A stretch of 64,000 bases of DNA from Ascidiella aspersa (Eukaryota). The stretch covers positions 25,172,001 to 25,236,000 of the forward strand of contig OZ004615.1 in the NCBI GenBank assembly GCA_963924565.1, written 5' to 3'. The notes under the pieces were generated by a model. The model was not told the origin of the DNA. It searched no databases and worked only from the letters and a program-made list of their open reading frames with translations. Positions 28,601-39,260 of the stretch are shown one piece after another (positions within the stretch are counted from its first letter, which is position 1; every line of letters begins with the position of its first letter). The translations under genes and the position numbers were made by a program.

Positions 28601-31600
28601 AAATTAAGTAAATTGAAATGGCCAATCTGGACTGACCTAGCCAGCGCCAGAATGCAGAAAACCTTGTAAGACTGGGTTAAACTTCCAACCATCACCTTGA
28701 TACATTTGTGTGATGTGGCCTGAAGAAAAACAAGCAAAAAAGCACCAACATTTCCATCAGTCGTCAAGTCCTTAAATCTACCGTTAACAAACATTTTTTG
28801 ACAGTAAACCACATTTCGTTGGTCGCATGCGTCAAATTTCCACCTCCTTAACACAAGGTAGATCGGCAGCAGCAAAGCACGCACACATTCATCAGTCGTC
28901 AAGTACTTTTAACTCGTCTTAACGCGTGCGGCGCCTAAAGTCGTTTATTTGCTCACGGATCATCGTTGGATCGTGTTTACTTGTCATGTCTGCGGGCTTC
29001 TAGGACTTCAAAACCGGCCGAAAAAAAAACTTGTTGTTCCGTGCAAATCGAACGTAAACACGGCGCGAGTGCGCATGTCGTTCAAGGGCGCCGTGCCGCG
29101 ACGACTTACCGCGTAATAGCGGGCACTTTGCAACTTTTAGTTCGCTTTAAATGCTGTTTATGACTCTTGTCCGTGAAATTGTACTTGAGGAGAGGGACTG
29201 CGAATCCATTTGCCTGACTTGGTGTAAATGAGCCGTGAGAGAATTTCACGTAAAGGGCGTTTGCAATTGTGGGTATATGTAAATGGGACACTGTATAATG
29301 ATTGAGTTACATGTAGCGCAATATCCATTTTTAAGGTTATATTTTTTTGTATTTACGGTTATCGGATGCTTTATTATAACAATCAGTTAAAATTTTTAAA
29401 ATGAAATACCTGAACTAGGTTTACGATAAGTTTTACTCTTTGTTTTGTGCCTATTTTTTTTAGTTAAAATTCAAGGGTTTTGGGATTTAAAAAATATTGG
29501 ATGTTTCAAAAAGTCTGTTTCTATCACTGGAAAACATCTAGGAGTCTAGGCGTATACGCGTGCCCCAAACTCTTACATTTGTTTTTAGCATAAAGACTGG
29601 AGGTTGTAGTTAGACGTAGTACGAATAATACCGAAATTAATATCACTGTATGGGCTTTGACATCCATTCTACCTCCTACAATTTTATTTACAGCTGAAAT
29701 GTTACATAAATCTATATAACAATTATTAAATTGTTCGTCCAATAATAACTTTTGTTTATTTTATCATTTTCCCGGGCGAAAAATTTAATCATTGATACAC
29801 TGGAGTAATCTTACACTAATTATAATTATTTTAACCCCTCTCTGTCGCCCCCAGTGGACGGTGGATGGACGGACTGGTCGAATTGGGCCACCTGCAGCCC
29901 CGAATGCGTCCACCGGCGCCGTCGTACCTGCAGCCGACCGATACCCCACAACAGTGGGATGGTCTGCAAGGGGAGCGACATACAAACAAGCAACTGCTCC
30001 GGTGGACTTTGCGCTGGTAAGACAACTTCTCTTACCTTTTGGCGGATTTTTACCTGTTTTTTTTTTCTGCACGAATTTCTGTTTTCTCTGCGCTGGTAAA
30101 AATTTTTTGTCAGATTTTCTGCGATTTTTTTAAAAACGTAATGCCGCCGGGAGTTCGATGTAAAAAGTTTTATTTGTAGTCTTACATTGGTTTTTAAAAC
30201 TTCTTGATATACAAAATTGTTTTAACTTTGAGGATTGATAAAAAGTAAATACAAAAAAAACCTTGACTTTCAGGTTAATTTGCCGGGAAAAGTGTAAAAA
30301 TACTTCGTCTAATAACTCAATTTGCAATATTAAAGTTGCCTATTTTTTTCGTAAAGACGTAATGACGTGTATGTGTTAAATGTAAACTTTTTTTCTAAAA
30401 AGTGTTTAACTTTCAAAGTAAATCCTTCAAAGCTAAGATGCCATTTAAAAACAAATTTTGTAAAATGGTTTACACTTTAAAAGATTAGCCATTTATGTAA
30501 CCTTTTTTAATTTACATTAACAATTAACTACACTCAATCTAACCTTTGACCTTTTGTTTTTCCTCTTCTCCTCATTTCCTCTTCATTGTGACGTCATCAC
30601 CATCACCAACCAATCCTCATCAAATTGGCGGCAATCTACAGAAACGCGGAACCCGGCGACTCTAAGCGGTGAGAAAAAGCGCCTGTGCACTTCCCTTCTT
30701 TTCGCGTTCTTGTCGCCTGTCATATTCCGTCAAAGTATGCTCTGTTATTTTTGGCGCCGCTTCAAGCGAGCGGTCATTAGGGTCACTCGATACGCCCAGC
30801 GCATTACTTCACCACTTGCCGGACGCCTTGGCCTCTGGTCATTACTGGAACTTCGCCGGCATTTTTTTAACTTTTTTTTGGAGGATTTTTTTCGCGATTC
30901 GAAGTTGAGCCGATTTTGTTTCGACGCCTGGGAATTGAAATGTGTGAAAAAACGTAAAGCGGCGCCCAAGTTTGCGACAAATTTAAGGTCGAATCAAGGT
31001 CAAACTTGTTTTGAGGAACGCTAAAATGGATTTTCCTGTAAATAAAGCACCCTAACCAAAAAATGCCATTAAAACAAATTTTCGCCGATCTAAGAATATA
31101 TCAACAACAACAAAAAAACATTTAATTCCCTTAGCGCTTTTCTATTACACAATAAACCTAAATCACTAAACATTTGCTTTAAGTAAAAATAACTTAAAAT
31201 TGAAAAAAAAATTGCGTAGTACAATTGATTTCCTTGTTTAAAATAAACGATTATAAAGCCTTGACTAACTACAACAAAAACGCATTGAAACGATTTTTCA
31301 TCTTGTACACAAACAGCCAAAACTCTTGATTTAATCCCGGTAGCTCTTTGGTAGTGAAAGCAACTCCAAACCCACACAAAAGCAAAAAAAAATATCGCAC
31401 AAGGCGAACAACCAACCAAATAAGACAGATCGTTATTTGCCAAGAAAAGAAAAGTTATTTGCCCTCCACGTACTTACAAGCCAAACCGCAGAACCATTGC
31501 TCAGAAACTGTGAACCAGCAGACAGCTGCCGCAAAGCCCCACGTTATCTTACCCTCACCCTCTGGGACCGCTTTTTAACCCCGAAACGGACCCTTATAGG

Positions 31601-34600
31601 GCCTTGGGTAACCGGCCCCTGTGTTGTGATAATAAAGCGCCCGAAACGAAGTATGATCGTCGAAGCTGCGAAGCTAAAAACAACACGAGATAAAGTTTGC
31701 GCCTGTTTTTGTGAAAAATAACCCAATAGCGACCGTTTTTGGTTCGTTTTTACACTTTTTGTTGATTTATTTTTCGGAAAAATAAAGTGTTTTGATAAAT
31801 AAAGCCGTAACATTCGATCAAATCCACATACTTTGTTGTTTTTAGGCGTTTAGGTAAAAGCCCCTTGTAATCGACGTTAATCAGCTATTGCCGAAAGTTT
31901 TAATATGTGATATTTTACTAAACAGCTTTGTAGCAAAGACAAATGTTGCTCAAATCAATTCAAACGTAACAAAAATCGTAAAAATGTGATAATTTCTCTC
32001 GGCAATTTCGTATTGCATTTTTCTGACCCATATAGCGTTAAAAAATTCACAAACGACAAATTTACCTCAAAAAAACAACAACAAACAAACACGGATGACC
32101 GCGCCGCGTCCGCACTTTAAATCCAAGCAGCGCAGCGCGTTTTCCCGACGGCGTGAAGTCGGTTTTGCGGTGAACATTTAGCACCAGAAGAAAGATCAAT
32201 CACTCTCCACAAAACCCTTCATACCTCGGGGTGGGGCTTTGATCTGCGGGTTTTTTTGCCCCTCATGACCCCGCCATAGCTTCCTGTACGTTGTGTAATC
32301 AAAACTGGGGCTTCTAGGGGGTATTAGCCCCCTATTTTGCGAAGGGGGCGTTTTGGGGTGAACTGCGTTGCCTTTGATGCGGCTTTTTGGTTTCATGAGT
32401 TGTTTCGTAAATGACTCTCCTTGGACTTACGACATTTTAAAATGACTTTTTTACAACACTCGTACAAGGCATAATAAAAAGTAAATTGAATTATAACTAA
32501 ACATATATGACCTGACATGGACTTAACTTGCTATGACAACGACTTGAACTGGACTAAGTTATTTTGCAAATGACTTAACTGGATGACTTGTTTTTAATAC
32601 TGGTACAACGATAATTAAGGGTAAAAAACTAAAAAAAAAATATAGGGCTATGACGGTTTTTAAAGAGTTTCAAATCCACTCAAAGCCTCATTAAAAAAGT
32701 TGTCTGGATATTTTCAAATTCGCACGAAAACTAGCTTCCCCAGCCCGCCCTAAACATCATAACCTCCCATTTTCCGCAAACGACCTGTTTTTAAGTAGAC
32801 GCAGTTTAGACGCGAAAGCAGAGATTGTTCTGACAGCCAGATATGATCGATGGATTCTGGCACAGAACGACAAGAAATGGCTGGAGGTTGGGGTCAGAGC
32901 TGGGCAAACAAGCTCACAAGCTCAACACGAGTTGGTTTTTGACTTAGTGCGATCGACTAGACCGCGTGTTCAGTTACAAAACAACTTGTTGTCACTTCTG
33001 CTGCTAATTGGCTTAAAAAGTTCATTTTTCGTCCTATAGAAGCCTGTTTTGTCATTTTTTCTTGATGGGTGGTTGTAGTTTCGTATCGGCATGTCAGACA
33101 ATTAGGTCAACGGTTAAGAGGTTTAGATTAGGTTTTGGCAAGTAGCAAGAATTTTTGGAATGTTTTTAAACGAGCTAAAAACTCAAAAACAATTCTTATT
33201 TTAACTGAAAACTAAAAGCTGGTTTAGCGAAGTTTACTGCTGTAACTTCTGAAAAAAATTATTTTAAGCAATTCCAAAGTATTAAGTATTACAATAGATT
33301 TCAGTTCTTGACGTATTCTTGACAGGCATTTCACGCAAGATAAAAAAAAATTGTTTAACAATCGGTCTGTGAAGTAACCCAATATTTGCCAAAGGGCCGT
33401 AAAGCGGCTAGCAAGGGAAAGGTTATGGATAACCGAGTAAATATCGACGAAAAAACAACCTAATATATTAAAAAAAATTGCTTAAAAATGTGTTATAGCT
33501 TCGGTTTCATTAAAATTGTCCCGTATGAAGAGTATATTAGCGTGTTCATAGTATTGACTTTATACATAAGTTCGTGGCTTGCGCCTTTGCTCAAAACGCC
33601 TTCCTAGAAATATTTTTCGACCGAATTTCTTGGTGCTTTGTCAAAAACAACACTCGGCGATAATTTTCGCGAGACCCCCATGGACTGTGGGAAAGACTTC
33701 ACCTGTCAAACCCCCCTCACCCCATTAAGCAGAAAAAACAGCACTTATCGACTTACGCTCTGTGCCTAAAAGCAGCAGTAGCCCGCTACCGAAGCCCAAG
33801 TTATTTCACCGGCCCATTTTTTTGCCAAACACAACAACTTAACGGCGTTTTCTTTCCAGCTGTGTTTCAAACTAAATCGCGATTGGCAAAGTTCGTTTTG
33901 TAAAATTTAAAGCTTTGGCCAATTTAAACGTTCAGCAAATATATGAAAATATAGCGTTTTGATTTTGAACGTTTTTTGCACCAAATATTAGGAAAACGTT
34001 AACTTAATGAGCAATAGAACTGTTTTTCTAACCAAATCAAGTCTTACCCGTTTTTTTCTTAATTGTCCAATAGTATGTCAAGTTAAACTGGTTACAAGGG
34101 GTCCATATAAACACAAGTTAAACAGTTCCAATGAATTTTGGCATACAGGGCTCGAAATATGCCAGTTTTTCTGTCCACGCGTCTCAGTCAGCTTTCGAGG
34201 CCTGCGTTTGCCCCCTAACATTTTACCCATTCGAGAAAAAGCACAGAAAACGACGCAAGTTGTCATTCTTGCACGCTCCAGTTTCCAAAAGCACTAGATT
34301 CTGTGAGACGCGCGCCAGCTCTTGTTTACCCGGGTTGATTTGTAATCTTTGCAAACCCTTTGTGATTTACTGAAGCGTCGGCTGTGCGGCTGCTTAACTC
34401 TTTCGTAGCGAAAACACGTTTTTGCGCCGAAATTGCCGCTTTTTCTGCAATTAAATTGCAATATTCGCGAAAGAAGTAAGCCACTAAATTGTTTTAAAAT
34501 GAAACACTATTTACCTTGAATGGGTTTTAAGCCCACAGCCTTCCGACTGGACGGTCTTGGTGTGATTTAAAAGTACAATCCTTTCAAAGATACAGCTGTT

Positions 34601-37600
34601 TCAAAAACCTGGCGTTTCAAATGATTAAAAGGTTTTTTTAGTGAAAACTTTGTATTGCCACAGTTTTCGAAACTAAGTTAAAATATATTTTTAAAAAGAA
34701 GAAAAGCTATTCACACCGTCTTATCAAAATTTACTTTTGCCCCACCGAAGGGACATTTATGACCCAAACATGCGTTTTTAAAGGGTGAAAACGAGTTTCC
34801 TGGCTCTGTACGGGGGCAATGGAGCCCAAGTAGGTGCCAGTGTGCTCTACTAGGCGGGGAAACCTTCTTATCGTGGCCTGTTATCGCTCTGTGTCCACAA
34901 GGATTGATAGGCGGCTCCAAAACCGCTTAAAACCTATTTTGCGCGGTCAATCGACTTTTCTTGCGCGTCTTAAAACAACCAGTTTTTTTTCTGGAGGGCG
35001 ACGTTTGTTTGCTTTCCTGTATTTTCACTCTATCGCTAAAGTAAAATAAATACTTTTCTGTTTGAACGCTTAAAGGTTGTACTATAAAAAATATTTTTTA
35101 TTTTAACGTTGAAACCTGACTACTATTTACTGACCTTAAAATCCTTATTATTACTGCTGTATTTTGTAATAGATTGATGTTAATTTTTATTTACAAAGGA
35201 TAATTTTTCATGACAAAAAGGAAAAAAACTAATATAATTTCTTGCAAAAAAAATTTGCTTGGCTTAAAATCGTTGATTTTTTACTCTTAACGCTAAAAAG
35301 TCGGTTTTATTCAAAAATAACCAATATAATTAACTAGACTCAACCATTGGCATTCTTTCGTATTCAACCCGGCACCTTTCTTGCAGAAAACCAGAACCTG
35401 GTCCTGTACAGCTGTCTTTTCGTCGCGCTTGGCTTGCTGCTCATGATCGTCATAGCAACGCTCATTGTTTTTCGGAGAAAAAGGGGAGGGGCCTTCTCTC
35501 GTTCCGCTTCACCGGCTTACGCGTCAGGCAGATCAACTAGCTCGTATCCGATATCGGCCGTTGGAAACCACATGAGAGGTAGGTTAAATATGTCTAACAG
35601 ATTACTGCAGTTTAAAGTTTAAATTCATTTTAGCAAGGTAACTTAGATCTGAGTTAAACTGAAGACAAATTACTTAATTCTCTAGTGTAGTGGTTCGCAA
35701 ACCGGGGTTTAAAGGGGTCGGCATAACATCCTCTTATTTTATTGGCCATTTCGTTACATTAGTCGAGCGAATAACAAATGTTTTCAGTTTGTCAACAGTA
35801 GGTATCGTTAGTATAACTACCAAACTCAATATTAGAGTAGCCAACCAATCATGTTACCATAAAATGGAAATTTTCGCTGTTTTAAACATTTAAAGAGCTC
35901 TGCCATTATTTCAAAAAAGCATAGGAATCCTGCAAGGTGAAACTGTTTAAAAAACACTTTTCTAGTTAGTATATTGCCGAAATAAGATAGTCCGGGACAG
36001 TTATTTACAAAATAACTTATTAGGTCGAGAAAAAGAAATTTTTGAAATAAGTCAAGCCCAGCAATTTGAGTCATTTTAAAATAAAGTCATTTCTATAATA
36101 AATCAAGTCTAAATGAAGTCATGTCTTAAACAGTTTGACAACCACCTGATTTAACCGCTTTATTTTATTCTCACAGACGACTTCTGCATCATCCCGACCA
36201 AACCGAGCCCAGGGGGGGACGGGGGTAAAAAGCCCTTCACGTTTCCCCCTGCCTACTCGGCCCTGGACCACGCCTACCAGCTCAGCAACCAGCAGCAGGG
36301 GGGTCACGGTTCCACTCTGGGGCGTACCGGGGAACCCCCAAACCAGGCCGGGTACACCCTTCTATTCGGTGGCCAGACCTGGCAGCCCACTTCTGCCCAG
36401 CCAACTGCCCCCATTGTTTGTTACCCCCCGGAATTGGTGCGACACCCCCAGCTCGGATGTTCCCGTGATGACGTGTCCGTTGCGCGCGTGACGTCAGAGC
36501 CAGACGACGTGACGTCATCGATCTACCACCAGAGGTCGGTAGAAATTAAGTCAATTTAAAAAAAAAAGGAATTTTTTTTATGATTTAACATTGATACTTC
36601 GTTACGATTCTAAGTGTTTTCGGGTAAAAAAAGGAATAGGGTTGTACAAGTTGTGTACAATGGAACTTTTTTTCCCAAATTTGAGCTCGACGAACAATTA
36701 ACAGTTGATCGAATCTTTAACGTGCGTCTTTGGTATTTAATATTATTAAAAATGTAAAAACGAAAGCCAAATAAACAGTTTATTTTTTTTCAGCAATATT
36801 GAAGACTATTTTTTATTATTAATATTTATTGGATTTTTGCGCGGTTTTAAAATTGTTGAACAAGTTGCTTTTTTTCACATATAACATTAGTAAATCAATA
36901 CAAACAAAAAAAAAATACAACAGGAGTCTTAAACAGCCTTCGACTTTTAGGTCTCTATCGCCACCTGCCGACAACCCGCGTTCGCCCGACCTGGCCGCAA
37001 GTGGGCAGCAACACACGGGAGCGAAGCGAGTTCGGTTTGGATCGGGAGGGGGTCTTTTGCTGAGTCACGATTACGACTCGGGGTTCGAGGGGGAGTCGAA
37101 TTTAGCCTCGCAGCAGCCGGTGCTGGGCAAGAGCCAACCCGCGCTGGAAGAAAAAGACTGCGAAGGTAAGAATTTACGATTTTAAGAAAAGTTACAAATA
37201 CTAAAAAATTTTTTTTTGTTCGTTTACGACTTTTTGTTCGACTTCTTTTTTTGTTATTTTTTTGCGGTTACGAAAATAATTTTTCGTTCGGTTAATGCGA
37301 AAAACTTGTATTTTTTTCGGTTGCGAACGTGGCACATTTAAAAATACTGTTAAGCAACGATAAATGTCTTGAGATTTAGTTAAAAGCAGAAAAATGGCTG
37401 TTTTGGCTTTTAGAAGTTAACTTGGAGAACAAAACACGTTTTTTTCTAGTTGGATGTCTTAAGAATGAAACGGTTATATCGTTTCAAAACGATCAATAAT
37501 AATAATTAATCGTTAAGGTATTAAATCTTAACTAGGCTTTTACGAGATTCAAGTGCTCAAATAATAATAATAATAGTTAATGTAGTAAAAGTTGCTATTG

Positions 37601-38915
37601 ACGTGTTGAAAATTGCAAAAGCAGACGAAGACATGGCTTATAAAAATTTAATTTGAACACATTAATGCTATTTGTCTTAGGTTTTGTCCGCTTACAAAGA
37701 GTTCAGTAAATAGAATTTGGTCGCCAAAGCTTTGCTGTTTGACTTAGCGTTTACAGTAGTAATTGAGACGCGGCGAAAAGAGCTAACAAAAACTGACTAG
37801 CAGAAATGTATTCATCAACATGAATTAAAGAACACTATATACGGATCTGTTCATAAGTTTAATGGTGAAGATAACGGCCCAAATAGACATAAAAAGCGAC
37901 ATGCTTTATTTGGGCCGTTATTTTCACCATTAAATGAATTAAAGGGTTATTCGAAACTTTTAAAATTATATTTCTGCATGGGCTTTAACTATACCTTTCG
38001 TTTTATTTAGCCAGTTATTTCAGGCGTTTAAACTAAGGTTTTCACTCGGTACATGTTCACGACATGCTCACGTGTCAGCTTGTAATGCAGATAATTGCAT
38101 CGACAAATCTTCCATTAGCGGGTTTGTTTTAATAACTTTGGCAAAAAGCTTCCCAGTTAAACGACGATATTGGAAGGCAATGTTCAGGTCTAAGAAAACC
38201 TGACTTATCAGTGCATAACTAGGTATTAAGGTAAGGCGCAAATTAATAATTAAGGTTTAGAATTCGCAATTGGCAAAATGACAAACAGAAACGCTACTAG
38301 GAACCGCAGATTTAATAAATCTTTTTCTTTGTTTAACAGACGATTGGGTCGATTCGAGCGATTCTTCTGACGCTGGCTACAGCGGCTCCGATCACGTCAT
38401 CAGTGACGTACATCCTGACGTCATCTGTAAAAATACAGCGTCCGCCAATACACAAAGAAGTAAGCGAAATAACTTTTAGACAAAATCTTTATGCTTAATT
38501 TGAAATACGCTAAGATGATCGGTTGACGTTGGTTCGATGATTCTTTTGATTTTACATTTTGATATCATTTTGTTTTCATTAGGAAACAAAATGCATAATT
38601 AGCATTAAGCAAATTTATCGTTATTTAATTTTTTTTATAAATATTATATATTTTTCTATTGGTTTTATCGGGATTGTTGTGTTATATTTAACATGATTAT
38701 TTGCAAATTTTGTAATTCCTTATTTGATAATGAAAACAAATATTTTGATAATTAAAATATTAGAGGTTTAAAAAACCTTACTTAAGTTAAGCGGGAGAAA
38801 AATCTAAAGCCACAAAATTTTCTCCCCATTAAATCTAACTAAACTCCCGTCACAAAAACTAAACAATTTTCTTCTTTCCTTAGGCTCTGACGTCATCTTT
38901 CCCGCTACTACGTAG
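16497..38915 (+). CDS. UNC5: UNC5-like netrin receptor (Ig-Ig-TSP1-TSP1-TM) with atypical cytoplasmic tail; multi-exon, first coding exon uncertain
   Basis: Phase-consistent GT-AG exons: 16497-16637, 17140-17362, 19270-19412, 19750-19854, 20250-20429, 27135-27302, 29855-30016, (30642-30668), 35387-35578, 36177-36534, 36951-37165, 38340-38459, 38884-38915(TAG). UNC5-typical motifs: PRFIIEPQD, YWCQCNA..KSRKAYIRIAYL, LHCRPPNGRPAPRVEWLK, DSGNYTCVARNMASKRRS, VNGGWSTWSSW, VDGGWTDWSNW..NCSGGLC. Confidence 0.88.
17140..17362 (+). CDS. UNC5: UNC5-like exon, Ig1 N-terminal half
   Basis: RPRFIIEPQDHFVHRNSPALLTC...VKCNGE; gtgcag acceptor, AG|gtttgt donor. Confidence 0.92.
19270..19412 (+). CDS. UNC5: UNC5-like exon, Ig1 C-terminal half
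   Basis: VSRNEVESFFAHHEYWCQCNA...KSRKAYIRIA; T|gtaagt donor. Confidence 0.93.
19750..19854 (+). CDS. UNC5: UNC5-like exon, Ig2 N-terminal part
   Basis: YLGRNFNQEP...LHCRPPNGRPAPR; ttttcag acceptor, G|gtgcgt donor. Confidence 0.93.
20250..20429 (+). CDS. UNC5: UNC5-like exon, Ig2 C-terminal part
   Basis: VEWLKDD...DSGNYTCVARNMASKRRS; G|gtgaga donor. Confidence 0.93.
21782..21807. repeat. (AT)n microsatellite
   Basis: Direct inspection. Confidence 0.9.
22340..22433. repeat. ~42-bp tandem duplication
   Basis: ttttttttaacaggaaaaatgaaaaaaatgaaataatgaat present twice. Confidence 0.85.
27135..27302 (+). CDS. UNC5: UNC5-like exon, thrombospondin type-1 repeat 1
   Basis: VNGGWSTWSSWSGCGSKCG..RRLRTCTSPKPQNGGALC; phase 1-1. 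Confidence 0.94.
29855..30016 (+). CDS. UNC5: UNC5-like exon, thrombospondin type-1 repeat 2
   Basis: VDGGWTDWSNWATCSPECVHRRRRTC...NCSGGLCA; G|gtaaga donor. Confidence 0.94.
30642..30668 (+). CDS. UNC5: Candidate 27-nt juxtamembrane microexon (ETRNPATLS)
   Basis: ctacag acceptor, G|gtgaga donor, frame-preserving phase 1-1; ~150-nt AG-free zone, distal branch point (ctaac ~30539) and pyrimidine tract upstream. Confidence 0.6.
35387..35578 (+). CDS. UNC5: UNC5-like exon, transmembrane helix and juxtamembrane region
   Basis: LVLYSCLFVALGLLLMIVIATLIVF followed by basic RRKR stop-transfer. Confidence 0.9.
36177..36534 (+). CDS. UNC5: UNC5-like exon, Pro/Gly/Gln-rich cytoplasmic region
   Basis: GC-rich and open in frame (DDFCIIPTKPSPGG...FPPAY...SSIYHQ); tcacag acceptor, AG|gtcggt donor. 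Confidence 0.8.
36951..37165 (+). CDS. UNC5: UNC5-like exon, cytoplasmic region
   Basis: RSLSPPADNPRSP...DYDSGFEGES...EEKDCE; G|gtaaga donor. Confidence 0.8.
37858..37934. repeat. 28-bp inverted repeat / hairpin in an UNC5-like intron
   Basis: tttaatggtgaagataacggcccaaata ... tatttgggccgttattttcaccattaaa; one G-U pair on the + strand; 21-nt loop. Confidence 0.85.
38340..38459 (+). CDS. UNC5: UNC5-like exon, acidic cytoplasmic region
   Basis: DDWVDSSDSSDAGYSGSDH...; strong pyrimidine tract, A|gtaagc donor, phase 1-1. Confidence 0.75.
38884..38915 (+). CDS. UNC5: UNC5-like probable terminal coding exon (SSDVIFPATT*)
   Basis: Strong acceptor ttttcttctttccttag; in-frame TAG at 38913-38915. Confidence 0.55.
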
Positions 38916-39131
38916 CGCTCATCCGATTAACAAACCCGTTCTCGAATCGGCTCGACAGCGCCGCAAGTGGCCGTGTGCGACGAAACTCAGTGTTACGAAG
39001 AATTAAGCTTCGCTCGCTCTCGACCAATGAGAAGCCGGCGTGCGCGCGCACGGAACTGTGGGTCATGTACAGCTGTTTCTTCTTTTTCGCGCCGTTTTGC
39101 CGTCACGTGACTTCAGAAGCAGAGTTGCTAG

Positions 39132-39260
39132 CTAGGGATGTCCGATAATATCGGATCGGAGCCGATACCCGATAACAGTCGGAAGTATCGCTACTCGTCC
39201 GATACTAGGCTTGTACCGGCGTCGATTCGATATCAAATTAAAACATATATGAAATTTCAG
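39132..39260. repeat. CCGATA/TATCGG-rich dispersed repeat family B (probable non-autonomous DNA transposon, TAGGGATGTCCGATA end)
   Basis: Related segments at ~1970, 2420, 28065-28140, 47160-47270, 47520-47610, 52000, 52530, 52790, 54010, 58800. Confidence 0.6.
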
